Source: Actinomycetota bacterium | GTDB lineage: Bacteria > Actinomycetota > Humimicrobiia > Humimicrobiales > Humimicrobiaceae | Assembly (NCBI GenBank): GCA_028717265.1 | Contig: JAQUOE010000001.1 | Coordinates: forward strand, 16,963 to 80,962 | Direction of reading: 5' to 3' | DNA length: 64,000 nt | Shown here: positions 50,376 through 59,930 of the stretch, one piece after another | How positions within the stretch are numbered: position 1 is the stretch's first letter | Layout of the letters: the number at the start of each line of letters is the position of its first letter | Notes under the pieces: model-generated | The model's database searches: none | The model's input: only the letters and a program-made list of their open reading frames with translations | Told to the model about the DNA's origin: nothing | Position numbers and translations under genes: made by a program

Positions 50376-51572
50376 ATGATAAGAAGAAGAAAAAGTCTCA
50401 GGGATTTTGCCAGTTTCGATAGGGAGAAGAGAAAGATCCGGTTTGATTTTATACTATTTTTCCTGGTTCTTGCTATCTCTTCATGGGGGGTCCTGGTGAT
50501 TTACAGCGCAACCAGAGAGACCCTGCCCGGAGGAGTATCGGATCCAGGGTATTATATGAAAAGACAATTGATCTGGCTGGGAGCAGGGATCATTATATTT
50601 ATTGTAATTCAATTTATAAATTACAGGAAAATCCAGAGATACTGGTGGCTGATTCTGGCCCTGGGGATCTTTTCGCTTGTAGCCGTGCTTCTTTTTGGCT
50701 ATGAGGTTCACGGATCGAAAAGCTGGATAGATTTGAGATTCACTACCATTCAACCCTCGGAATTTTCAAAGATTTTTATGGTAATAGTTTTATCCGCCAT
50801 CATGTCAAAATGGAGAAGTGAAAAGGTATCCAATGTTACTTTCAGGAAAGTTGTAATTGCATCATTTGCGGCACTCACATTTGTTGTACTGGTTTTACTG
50901 GAACCTGATTACGGGACCGCCCTTATATACTTTATAGTATTTATTGGTTTATTATTCATATCCGGGGCTAATTTTCTGTATATCCTCTCAATACTGGGAC
51001 TTACGGCCGGAGGATTTTTTCTTGCTCTGAATGCCGGCTTCATAAAGCAATATCAGCTGGACAGGATTCTTGTTTTTCTAAAACCGGATGTGTCATCAAT
51101 GGAAGGTGCCGGGTATAATTTATATCAGTCCAAACTGGCGATTGGTTCCGGCGGACTGTTAGGCAAGGGTCTTTTCCTGGGAAGGCAGACAAATCTGAGT
51201 TATGTTCCGGAGCACCATACCGATTTTATATTTTCCGTTATCGGAGAAGAAGTGGGATTCATAGGGGCAATTCTGGTAATATTAATACTCGGAATAATTA
51301 TCTGGAGGTGCTTCTATATAGCTTCGAATTCTTCCGATACCTTTGCAATGCTGCTTGCTTCGGGAATAGGTTTTATTATTTTATCTCAGGTAGTTATAAA
51401 TATAGGCATGACCATAGGTATTATGCCAATCATAGGAATTCCTCTGCCTTTCTTGAGTTCCGGCGGCTCCAGCCTCATAAGTATGTTTCTGGGTGTTGCA
51501 CTTGTGGAAAATGTGTTTATATGGAGGGAAGTAAGAAAAAGTCATGTGATCGCTTATCAGGAGTTCAAATAA
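50376..51572 (+). CDS. rodA: peptidoglycan glycosyltransferase RodA (SEDS family)
   Basis: About 10 TM helices of FtsW/RodA/SpoVE type, directly after mrdA. Confidence 0.85.
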   Translation: MIRRRKSLRDFASFDREKRKIRFDFILFFLVLAISSWGVLVIYSATRETLPGGVSDPGYYMKRQLIWLGAGIIIFIVIQFINYRKIQRYWWLILALGIFSLVAVLLFGYEVHGSKSWIDLRFTTIQPSEFSKIFMVIVLSAIMSKWRSEKVSNVTFRKVVIASFAALTFVVLVLLEPDYGTALIYFIVFIGLLFISGANFLYILSILGLTAGGFFLALNAGFIKQYQLDRILVFLKPDVSSMEGAGYNLYQSKLAIGSGGLLGKGLFLGRQTNLSYVPEHHTDFIFSVIGEEVGFIGAILVILILGIIIWRCFYIASNSSDTFAMLLASGIGFIILSQVVINIGMTIGIMPIIGIPLPFLSSGGSSLISMFLGVALVENVFIWREVRKSHVIAYQEFK

Positions 51573-51589
51573 TCTCCGGGGAGTCAAAT

Positions 51590-53374
51590 ATGGATAAAAT
51601 CAAAAGGCTGGATTCTGATCTGCTTGGAAGGCTCTTAAAAGATATTGAAAAACCGGGCAGGTATATAAATAACGAAATAGGAACCAAAAGTAAAAGTCCG
51701 GGGACAATGGAAGATTTTCAGGATTTAATCCTTATGGCCCTTGTGTTTCCGGATATATATGAAGTCGGCATGTCTAATCTGGGTCTCCAGATCCTGTATG
51801 AAATTATAAATAAACATAAGTGTTTTTCGGCGGAAAGAGTTTTTTCTCCATGGATAGATTTTGAAGAGAAGCTCAGAAAAGAGAAAGTAAAAATCTTTTC
51901 ACTTGAAAACCGGATATTTCTGGACTCTTTTGATTTGATTGGTTTTACGGTCCAGCACGAATTCTTATATACAAATATACTGAATATACTCGATATGGGC
52001 GGTATAGGCATAAGGGCCGTAGACAGGAGAAATAGATTTCCTCTTGTGTGTGCCGGAGGACCTGCGATTGTCAATCCTCAGCCGCTTTCAAGATTCATGG
52101 ATTTTTTTGTTATCGGGGACGGGGAAGAAGTTGTCATTTCCATTTTGCAGAGAGTTAAAAAATACAGGGAGAACAATAAAGATAAAAACTGGTTCCTGAA
52201 AGAAATCAGCAGGCTCGATGGGATATATATTCCCGGGTTCTATAGATTCTATTATTATCCGGATGGGCGGATCAAGAGCATAGAACCGGGGGAAAAGGTA
52301 AAAAAAGCAGTAATAAAAAACCTTAATGAATTTCAGATAGTCCAGGATCCAATAATACCTAATATTAAAACGGTACATGATAGATTTGCAGTAGAGATTA
52401 TGAGGGGATGCAGCAGGGGCTGCAGGTTCTGTCAGGCAGGTATTATCTACAGACCGGTGCGAAAGAGGGAAGTCGGCTCTCTCGTCAGGCAGTGTATTGC
52501 CGGACTAAAAAAAACGGGTTATGACGAAATTTCATTTTTGTCGCTGTCTTCCTCGGACTATGGTGAAATAGGGCATTTATTGGATAAAATCACGGACCCT
52601 TCAAAACACGGCCGACTTTCGATTTCAATGCCTTCTATGAGACTTGATAGTCTCAATTTGAAGTTATTCGAGCTTATTCAGAGCGGAAGAAAAACAGGAC
52701 TCACTTTTGCTCCCGAAGCAGGCAGCCAGAGAATGAGGAATATAATCAATAAAAATATAGAGGAAAAAGAAATGCTCGACTGCATAAAAATGGCTTTCAG
52801 CAGCGGTTGGGACAAAATCAAGCTTTATTTTATGATCGGCTTGCCGTATGAGAACGATAAAGATATCCATGAGATAACATTACTTGTGGAAAAGATAATA
52901 ATGGCGGCCAGAGAAAGGCTTTCAGGGAAAAAACTTGCCAGACTGAAAATCAACATCAGTATAAATGTATTTTGTCCCAAACCTTTTACACCCTTCCAGT
53001 GGGTGTCCCATGACAATCCGGGGAATCTTGATAGTAAGTTTGATTATATTTTAAAAAATGTATCCAAAAGGTATGTGAATATAAATTGGACCGATTCTAA
53101 AAAAAGCAGGATAGAATGCGCGTTAGCCAGGGGCAATGAAAGGGTAGGCGAGGTTATAGAGAGTGCATGGAAAAAAGGGGCCAGATTTGATAACTGGACG
53201 GATTTTTTCAAATTATCTGTCTGGGAGGAAGAATTCGTAAAAGCCGGCCTGGATATTGATCTTTTTACCAGAAAGTTTTCGGTAGATGAAATATTGCCCT
53301 GGGATATCATTGATATAGGAGTAAGTAAGGATTTTTTATTAAAAGAATATGACAGAGCAAGAGAATGTTTGTGA
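51590..53374 (+). CDS. radical SAM protein with an N-terminal B12-binding-like domain (TIGR03960-like)
   Basis: ATG at 51590 with a GGGGAG Shine-Dalgarno, just after the rodA stop. The N-terminus is MDKIKRLDSDLLGRLLKDIEKPGRYINNE and the cluster motif is CSRGCRFC. The ORF track's earlier start at 51308 overlaps rodA and is rejected. Confidence 0.7.
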   Translation: MDKIKRLDSDLLGRLLKDIEKPGRYINNEIGTKSKSPGTMEDFQDLILMALVFPDIYEVGMSNLGLQILYEIINKHKCFSAERVFSPWIDFEEKLRKEKVKIFSLENRIFLDSFDLIGFTVQHEFLYTNILNILDMGGIGIRAVDRRNRFPLVCAGGPAIVNPQPLSRFMDFFVIGDGEEVVISILQRVKKYRENNKDKNWFLKEISRLDGIYIPGFYRFYYYPDGRIKSIEPGEKVKKAVIKNLNEFQIVQDPIIPNIKTVHDRFAVEIMRGCSRGCRFCQAGIIYRPVRKREVGSLVRQCIAGLKKTGYDEISFLSLSSSDYGEIGHLLDKITDPSKHGRLSISMPSMRLDSLNLKLFELIQSGRKTGLTFAPEAGSQRMRNIINKNIEEKEMLDCIKMAFSSGWDKIKLYFMIGLPYENDKDIHEITLLVEKIIMAARERLSGKKLARLKINISINVFCPKPFTPFQWVSHDNPGNLDSKFDYILKNVSKRYVNINWTDSKKSRIECALARGNERVGEVIESAWKKGARFDNWTDFFKLSVWEEEFVKAGLDIDLFTRKFSVDEILPWDIIDIGVSKDFLLKEYDRARECL

Positions 53375-54059
53375 AACCAGGATAAGATTTAAATTCTATA
53401 AAAAAGATGAATTTAAATATCTATCCCACCTTGATATTTCAAGGATAATGATCCGTGCCATAAGAAGAGCGGAACTGGAAATCAAATATAGTCAGGGATA
53501 TAATCCAAAACCAAAGATTGGTTTCAGTCCGCCTACTCCCCTGGGTGTGGAGAGTATGGCAGAATATGCAGATGTCCTGCTTGAAGGTAATATTGATGAA
53601 AGAACCTTCAAAAAGAAACTAAATTCGGAGTTGAAACCGCAGATGCTGATTTCAGAAGCAAGAATAATTACGGAAAAAACTGAAAATCTTATGAATGCAG
53701 CAGCAGTGGTTCTCTATGGTTTTGAACTTCATATCTGTTCTTCAGATAATAAGGGCATGCCCGGAAGATTTTACACGGGATTGAAAAAAGACTTAACCAC
53801 CGGGCCTGATTTTTGCAACTCGATATTTGATCTAAAAATAATAACGGCAGAGGGATCTTCCGATATTATCCTTCTAAAACTATTCGGATATGTTAAAATT
53901 TTCAAAGAAGAAAACAATGAAATTTTTAAATTCAATAATTTCTACGGATTTTTTGAAAATTGGTTAAAAAAATATTGCATTGATATCAAAAATGTAAAAA
54001 AAGAAGAGTTATTTGTCTTGTGTGGAGGTATACTTAAAACGCCGATGGAGGTAGTCTGA
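53349..54059 (+). CDS. radical-SAM-associated DUF2344/TIGR03936-like protein
   Basis: 236 aa, immediately downstream of the rSAM gene and overlapping it. N-terminal RIRFKFYKKDEFKYLSHLDISRIMIRAIRRA. The family name is from memory. Confidence 0.55.
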   Translation: MTEQENVCETRIRFKFYKKDEFKYLSHLDISRIMIRAIRRAELEIKYSQGYNPKPKIGFSPPTPLGVESMAEYADVLLEGNIDERTFKKKLNSELKPQMLISEARIITEKTENLMNAAAVVLYGFELHICSSDNKGMPGRFYTGLKKDLTTGPDFCNSIFDLKIITAEGSSDIILLKLFGYVKIFKEENNEIFKFNNFYGFFENWLKKYCIDIKNVKKEELFVLCGGILKTPMEVV

Positions 54060-54090
54060 ATTCTTAGAGTAAAGGAGATCTGAGATTAAA

Positions 54091-55764
54091 TTGGATAAAG
54101 AAATGTTAGTAAGTTCGGATAAAAATGAAACCCGGATTGCTATTTTAGAATCAAAAAAGGTTACCCAGCTTTTTTTTGACCGCAAGAATAAAAAATCTCT
54201 TGTTGGAAACATATATATGGGCAGGGTTAAAAATATTCTTCCGGGACTGGATGCGGCTTTCGTTGATATAGAAGAGGATAAAAATGCTTTCCTGTATATC
54301 AATGAAGTCGGTCCGGATATGGATGATGAAAATGCTGCGGAGATACCAAAGAAAATACAATATGTTCTTAAGCCAAATCAAATAGTATTGGTCCAGGTAA
54401 CCAAGGATCCCATGAAGACAAAGGGTGCCAGGATAACTACTTATATATCTATTCCTGGCAGATATCTTGTCCTGGCACCCTTTAATAAGGGCATTGGAAT
54501 CTCCAGGAAAGTCTACGGAGAAGAAAGAGAGAATTTAAAAAAGATTGCAGCAGAAATAAAAAGTGAAGATTACGGATTAATTGTCAGGACCGCGGCCAGG
54601 GAAGCAGATAAAAACAAACTAAAAAAAGATTTAAAGCAGCTTTTAAAAAAATGGAATTTTATAAAGAAAAAAGCTTCTGCTTTAAATAAGCCCGGTATCG
54701 TTTTTAATGAATATTCAGTGATTTTAAAGTTGATGAGAGATGTATTTTCTGAGGAGTTTAGCACCATACATGTAGATAAGAAAGTGCTTAAAAGAGAAAT
54801 TGGCCGGTACCTGTACTCTGTCGGGATCAAATTCAACAATATAATAGTCCATCATGGGAAAGAAGATTTGTTTGAAGCCTTTAATGTCAACGAGGTTATA
54901 GAAGGTGCCCTCGAAAGGAAAGTCTGGCTAAAATCCGGAGGATTCATAGTAATAGATCATGGAGAGGCAATGACCACAATAGATGTCAATACCGGTAAAT
55001 ATACTTCAAATAAAAGTTCATCCCAGACCATACTGAGAACGAACCTGGAAGCAGCGGAAACAATTACCAATCAATTAAGGCTGCGGGATATCGGTGGTAT
55101 CATAGTGATAGATTTTATCGATATGGCCAGTGAGAAAGACAGAAAGAAGGTTTATAGCAGATTTTTACAGTGCCTTGAAAATGACAGGACCAAAACTGAA
55201 ATACTTCAATTTTCAAAATTGGGTCTGCTGGAAATGACAAGAAAAAATGTCTCGGACGGGATCCTTGACACGATGTGTAAAATCTGTCCCTGCTGCGGCG
55301 GTTCCGGCCATATAAAATCTGAGGAAACAATAAGACTTGAAACGGAGAGAAAGATCAGAAGACTTGCAAGAGAAAGCAAGTCAAAAGGTTTCTTAATAAA
55401 ATTGAATACAAATATAGCGGCGCTTGTAATCGGTACAGACGGCAGAAATTTAAAACATCTTGAGAACATAACAAAAAAATATATCAATATTCAGGGCGAT
55501 TCAAAATTACCGGTCGATACTTTTATAATATCAGCAGAGGGTTCGATTGCTGAAATAAAAGAAGCTTCCAAACCATTTAAAACCGGTGATATTCTTGATT
55601 TACTGGCAGAAGAACAGTATTTTCATAATAAAAATGATGCTATATCAAGAGTTGACGGATATATTGTGCAGATAATCGATGGAGGAAAATATATTGGCCA
55701 GAGACTCAGGGTAGAGATTAAGTCCGTATCCAAGACCAGTGCAGTAGCGGAAATCAGGAATTAA
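54091..55764 (+). CDS. rng: ribonuclease G/E family endoribonuclease
   Basis: Has an S1 domain (GNIYMGRVKNILPGLDAAFVDI), the catalytic region and a Zn-link CPCCGGSG. 557 aa. The start is TTG at 54091 or ATG at 54103. Confidence 0.8.
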   Translation: MDKEMLVSSDKNETRIAILESKKVTQLFFDRKNKKSLVGNIYMGRVKNILPGLDAAFVDIEEDKNAFLYINEVGPDMDDENAAEIPKKIQYVLKPNQIVLVQVTKDPMKTKGARITTYISIPGRYLVLAPFNKGIGISRKVYGEERENLKKIAAEIKSEDYGLIVRTAAREADKNKLKKDLKQLLKKWNFIKKKASALNKPGIVFNEYSVILKLMRDVFSEEFSTIHVDKKVLKREIGRYLYSVGIKFNNIIVHHGKEDLFEAFNVNEVIEGALERKVWLKSGGFIVIDHGEAMTTIDVNTGKYTSNKSSSQTILRTNLEAAETITNQLRLRDIGGIIVIDFIDMASEKDRKKVYSRFLQCLENDRTKTEILQFSKLGLLEMTRKNVSDGILDTMCKICPCCGGSGHIKSEETIRLETERKIRRLARESKSKGFLIKLNTNIAALVIGTDGRNLKHLENITKKYINIQGDSKLPVDTFIISAEGSIAEIKEASKPFKTGDILDLLAEEQYFHNKNDAISRVDGYIVQIIDGGKYIGQRLRVEIKSVSKTSAVAEIRN

Positions 55765-55825
55765 TATTCGAACTTCTTAATAAGAATAATTTATCGGAAG
55801 ATGTATTTACAGGAGATGTTTTAAA

Positions 55826-55861
55826 TTGACAGAGCAGCAATATATATGATAGTATGTCACT
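55826..55861 (+). promoter_or_regulatory. sigma-70-like promoter candidate for rplU-rpmA
   Basis: The -35 TTGACA (55826-55831), an 18-nt spacer and an extended -10 TGaTAGTAT (55847-55855) lie about 40 nt before the rplU start. Confidence 0.4.
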
Positions 55862-55894
55862 CTGTAATTTGAAGAGAAAACAGGGAGGAATAAA

Positions 55895-56212
55895 ATTTAC
55901 GCAATAATCACAAGCGGCGGAAAACAATATAAGGTAGAAGAAAATAAAGATATAGTAGTGGAAAGAATCGAGGGTAAAGAGGGTGATAAAATCACACTTT
56001 CGGAAGTCAACTTTATCAGTGATGGTGATAATATAGAAATAGGCAATCCTTTGATTTCCAAAGCTGCGGTAAATGCTACTATAAAGAAACAAATAAAAGG
56101 GGATAAAGTAATTGCATTCAAGTATAAACCCAAGAAAAGATACAGAAGAAAAGTGGGGCACAGGCAATTGCTTACAATATTACATTTGGACAGGATAAGC
56201 CTGAAGGGATAA
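55895..56212 (+). CDS. rplU: 50S ribosomal protein L21, with a probable ATT start
   Basis: The conserved N-terminus YAIITSGGKQYKVEENKDIVV is encoded upstream of the first canonical start, the GTG at about 55958 where the ORF track begins. An in-frame stop lies at about 55864, AGGGAGG lies 6 nt before the ATT, and the 3' end is ...HRQLLTILHLDRISLKG. Coordinates are +/- 1 nt (see rejected note). Confidence 0.8.
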   Translation: MYAIITSGGKQYKVEENKDIVVERIEGKEGDKITLSEVNFISDGDNIEIGNPLISKAAVNATIKKQIKGDKVIAFKYKPKKRYRRKVGHRQLLTILHLDRISLKG

Positions 56213-56224
56213 AAGGAGGAAGGT

Positions 56225-56476
56225 ATGTCCAGTAAAAAAGGTGTGGGAAGCAGTAGAAACGGCAGAGACAGCAACCCAAAATTTTTAGGATTAAAAAAAT
56301 CCGGAGGCCAGATGGTGACTGCCGGAAATATTATTTTAAGGCAGAGAGGAACCAGGTTCAGACCGGGTATCAATGCAGGTGTGGGCCGGGATCATACTAT
56401 TTTTGCAAAAGCCGATGGTAAAGTAGAATTTATAAAACACAGTAAAAAAGGTAAAGTAGTAAATATCATTTCTTAA
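56225..56476 (+). CDS. rpmA: 50S ribosomal protein L27, with no N-terminal propeptide
   Basis: Starts [16 protein letters not shown]...[11 protein letters not shown]. 83 aa. Confidence 0.9.
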   Translation: MSSKKGVGSSRNGRDSNPKFLGLKKSGGQMVTAGNIILRQRGTRFRPGINAGVGRDHTIFAKADGKVEFIKHSKKGKVVNIIS

Positions 56477-56489
56477 AATTTCTTCTTTT

Positions 56490-57086
56490 TTATAGTACTC
56501 CTACAAAATGCAATATAATCCCAATTGCGCCGGCTGCCAGGATTACCAGAATTGGGTGTATTTTGGTTAAAAATAATACTAATAAACTTACCGCTGTAAT
56601 TGCTATGGCAACAGGATCTATGGTCTCTAAAAAATGACTTCCCGAACTTATATTCAATAAATCCCTGATACCCGTTCCCTCTTTAAAGTATGTGTTTACG
56701 GCTACGAATATAACAGCCTGTATGATTAACGCCAGCACCACGGGTCTGATTCCATAAATAGCGTCTTTTATTATCTGTCTTTGTTGATATTTTGATAAGA
56801 AAATATAAATACCTAAAATCAGAATAAATGACGGCAGGACCACTCCGATAGTAGCCAATGCTGCACCTGGAATTCCCCCCAATCTGTACCCGATAAAAGT
56901 AGCTGTGTTTATAGCAATCGGACCCGGGGTCATTTCCGAAATCGATATTATATTTACGAATTCCTGACCGGTAAGCCAGCCGCGGATTACTATCTCTCTT
57001 TCGATAATGGGGATCATCCCGTATCCTCCGCCAAAACTAAATAGGCCTATTTTGAAGAAAATAAGTAATAATTCAGGGTAAATCAT
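56490..57086 (-). CDS. chromate transporter (CHR) family half-size protein, second of a pair
   Basis: Contains FFKIGLFSFGGGYGMIPII (the CHR motif) and 5-6 TM helices. It overlaps the upstream partner by 4 nt. Confidence 0.65.
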   Translation of the reverse strand: MIYPELLLIFFKIGLFSFGGGYGMIPIIEREIVIRGWLTGQEFVNIISISEMTPGPIAINTATFIGYRLGGIPGAALATIGVVLPSFILILGIYIFLSKYQQRQIIKDAIYGIRPVVLALIIQAVIFVAVNTYFKEGTGIRDLLNISSGSHFLETIDPVAIAITAVSLLVLFLTKIHPILVILAAGAIGIILHFVGVL

Positions 57087-57640
57087 TTTTGCTTTTTCCT
57101 TATCTTAATGATCCTGAATCCGTAATATATAAGACCAAATAAAATTCCCATTATGACAATATAGACAGGATGAATCCTGGTTCCAAGGAGCAGTATCAGG
57201 GCTGCTGCTGTTATTATCGGACTTATTTTATCTCTTATGCCTGCTTTCCATATTCTAACGACTGCGAAAATCAGAAGTGCCACAATAGCCGCGCTTATTG
57301 CTTTGAGAGCGGCTATGACTGCTCCAATATTGCTTATATGGATAAATAATCTTGCTACGAGAAGGATAATCAGAAAAGATGGAAGTGTTACACCAAGAAG
57401 AGCAAATAAGGCTCCCGTATATCCTCCGGTTTTTCTCCCTGTCAATATAGCCAGGTTTACGGCAACTGCTCCGGGGAAAGCCTGTGAAATAGATAGAATG
57501 TCGACCATCTCATCCGGCGAGATCCATTTCTTCTTATCGACCAGTTCCCGTTCGATTAAAGGAATCATGGCAAATCCCCCTCCGAACGTAAAACTGCCTA
57601 TCTTAAGAAAAGTCAGGAATAATATCCATATTTTTTTCAT
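57083..57640 (-). CDS. chromate transporter (CHR) family half-size protein, first of a pair
   Basis: Contains FLKIGSFTFGGGFAMIPLI. 185 aa, polytopic. Confidence 0.65.
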   Translation of the reverse strand: MKKIWILFLTFLKIGSFTFGGGFAMIPLIERELVDKKKWISPDEMVDILSISQAFPGAVAVNLAILTGRKTGGYTGALFALLGVTLPSFLIILLVARLFIHISNIGAVIAALKAISAAIVALLIFAVVRIWKAGIRDKISPIITAAALILLLGTRIHPVYIVIMGILFGLIYYGFRIIKIRKKQK

Positions 57641-57821
57641 AATTTCTTATTTTAGAGAATAATCGCAAAAATTTACATGCTAAGGTGAAGATTTTATTTA
57701 TTATATGCGAATTATATGCGAATTATCAATTTTTATTTGCTTGACTGGTAAAATTCTTTCTGTAATATTTAAGTAATATATTTAATAGTTAATTTCTATG
57801 GCAATTCTGCAGGATTGATTT

Positions 57822-58868
57822 ATGAAGAGTAAAATGAAGGCACAGTTATTCTATGGACCGAAAGATATAAGATTTGAAGATATAGATATGCCGATCATAG
57901 GCAGCGATGAGGTACTGGTTAAAATAAAAAGTGCCCTTACCTGTGGTTCGGATCTCAAAACATATAAAAGAGGTCACCCTACTATGATAAAAAAGGCCTC
58001 GGTTTTTGGCCATGAATGGGCCGGCGATATTGTAGAGGCAGGCTGCGAGGTAGATGGCTTTAAAGTAGGCGATAGGGTTACAGCTGCGAACAGTGTTCCA
58101 TGCTTTAATTGTTATTACTGTAAAATTGGGAGATATTCTCTTTGTGAGAATATCAAATACAATAACGGCGCTTATGCAGAATATATAAAGATACCGTCAG
58201 ACATATTAAGGAAAAATACATATAAGATACCGGATGATATAGGCTATAGGGAAGCTGCGCTTTTGGAACCGCTGGCGTGTGTGGTGCATGGAATCGAAGA
58301 ATCCTGTATAAAAGCGGGGGATAAGATAGCGATTAACGGAGCGGGACCAATAGGGCTTATGTTCATAGCTGTTGCCAGGTTAAAAGGTGCAACAGTGATA
58401 TCTCTGGATTTATCGGATGAGAGATTGGAGTATGCCAGGCATTTCGGGGCCGATTATACAATTAATGTTAAAAAGGTGGATGACCAGATAAAAGCAGTAA
58501 AAAACCTGACTGAAGGAGGAAGGGGCGTGGATGTGGCAATTGATGCCACCGGGATACCCCGGGTATGGGAAATGGCCATATTTATGGGAAGGAAGGGAGC
58601 GATTATAAATCTATTTGGAGGCTGCATGCCGGATACTTCCATCAATATAGATACCGGACTGGTTCACTATTCGGAACTTACTGTAAAAGGGGTTTATCAT
58701 CATACTCCTTCTCATGTAAAACAATCATTCGATCTGATAACTTCAAAGAGGATCAATGTGAGTAATTTTATAACTGCCGACATACCTCTTGAAAAACTTA
58801 TAACAGCGCTGGAACTAATGGACCAGCAAAAGGGTATAAAATACAATATCGTTGCTTCACCATTATGA
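57822..58868 (+). CDS. zinc-dependent alcohol/polyol dehydrogenase (MDR family)
   Basis: Has the catalytic Zn motif CGSDL...GHEWAGDIVEAG, a structural Zn Cys cluster (CFNCYYCKIGRYSLC) and a GAGPIGL Rossmann motif. Confidence 0.75.
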   Translation: MKSKMKAQLFYGPKDIRFEDIDMPIIGSDEVLVKIKSALTCGSDLKTYKRGHPTMIKKASVFGHEWAGDIVEAGCEVDGFKVGDRVTAANSVPCFNCYYCKIGRYSLCENIKYNNGAYAEYIKIPSDILRKNTYKIPDDIGYREAALLEPLACVVHGIEESCIKAGDKIAINGAGPIGLMFIAVARLKGATVISLDLSDERLEYARHFGADYTINVKKVDDQIKAVKNLTEGGRGVDVAIDATGIPRVWEMAIFMGRKGAIINLFGGCMPDTSINIDTGLVHYSELTVKGVYHHTPSHVKQSFDLITSKRINVSNFITADIPLEKLITALELMDQQKGIKYNIVASPL

Positions 58869-59881
58869 AAGCTTTATTCTGTTACAGCCAGGATGAATTT
58901 AAACTGGAAGAAATAGACAGACCCGGAATACTGGAAGATGAAATGTTGATCGAAATGTTATACACGGGTCTGTGCGGTTCCGACATCGTAAAGATAATGG
59001 ACCCTGAAGTTAAAAAGCCGGCGGTCTTCGGTCATGAAGTCGCAGGAAGAGTAATAGAAACCGGGAAGAATGTAAAAGAGTTTAAAAAAGGTGATATAGT
59101 TGTAACGGCACATCATATACCATGTTACAAGTGCCATTATTGTCTGCATGGCAGTCATTCTATGTGCAGGCATTTTAAAGAAACAAATATATATCCGGGT
59201 TCATTTTGCCAGTATATAAGACTTTCGGGAGAACATATAAAATATACAACCTTTAAAGTTCCTCAGGAGCTTAACCCTGTAGCAGCATTATTCATAGAGC
59301 CTCTTGCCTGCTGCATAAGGGCTATGGATAGAATCGCATTTCGCAAAAACGATATATTTTCCGTAGTCGGGACCGGGGTCATAGGAATGTTGTTCATACA
59401 GCTGATTAAATCATCGGGAGGAATAGTCGCAGCAATTGACCTGAATGATGAGAGACTATCTCTGGCAAGAACACTGGGGGCGGATTACATTATAAATCCG
59501 TCAAATGAAATAGTGACCGGTGAGATTAAGAAAATTACAGCCGAAGGCATAGATGTTGCCATACTTACGGTGACAAATAAAAATACGCTGGGTGATGCGC
59601 TTTCATATCTTAGAGATGGCGGAACGGTCAGTATTTTCGGAGCATCAGGAAAGGAAAGCAGGTTCGAAGTAGATTTAGAAAATGTATATAAAAGAGAACT
59701 TACAATAATGAGTTCTTATTCGGCTACGCCTGAGTCGTTAAAACGTGCTTTTGACATCATAACCGGTGAAAAATTGAAGATATCCCCTCTGCTTTCGGAA
59801 GTATTGCCGCTTTCGGATTTTAAAAAAGGATTGGATCTGATGATGCGGAAAAAAATATATAAGGCAGTTTTTAAATTGTAA
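58865..59881 (+). CDS. second zinc-dependent alcohol dehydrogenase (MDR family), a tandem paralogue
   Basis: Contains CGSDI...GHEVAGRVIETG, CYKCHYCLHGSHSMC and GTGVIGM. Its start overlaps the stop of the first ADH gene. Confidence 0.7.
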   Translation: MKALFCYSQDEFKLEEIDRPGILEDEMLIEMLYTGLCGSDIVKIMDPEVKKPAVFGHEVAGRVIETGKNVKEFKKGDIVVTAHHIPCYKCHYCLHGSHSMCRHFKETNIYPGSFCQYIRLSGEHIKYTTFKVPQELNPVAALFIEPLACCIRAMDRIAFRKNDIFSVVGTGVIGMLFIQLIKSSGGIVAAIDLNDERLSLARTLGADYIINPSNEIVTGEIKKITAEGIDVAILTVTNKNTLGDALSYLRDGGTVSIFGASGKESRFEVDLENVYKRELTIMSSYSATPESLKRAFDIITGEKLKISPLLSEVLPLSDFKKGLDLMMRKKIYKAVFKL

Positions 59882-59930
59882 ATTATAATCTTTTTAAACT
59901 ATTTTATTTAATCTGATTTTAGGAAATACT

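Noticed and set aside
51308-51589. The ORF track extends the radical SAM gene 94 codons upstream, into rodA.
   Set aside because: The extension overlaps the rodA coding region in another frame and encodes low-complexity sequence. ATG at 51590 has a Shine-Dalgarno and begins the conserved N-terminus.
55957-56105. An apparent 5-G run (about 56098-56102) that, by my manual indexing of the printed sequence, would put the L21 N-terminal and C-terminal halves in different frames.
   Set aside because: The supplied ORF track shows one continuous 84-aa ORF from 55958 to 56212 across this point. The printed coordinates agree with the track at 55764, 56212 and 56225. I cannot reconcile a 1-nt discrepancy by eye, and I treat it as my counting uncertainty rather than a real frameshift.
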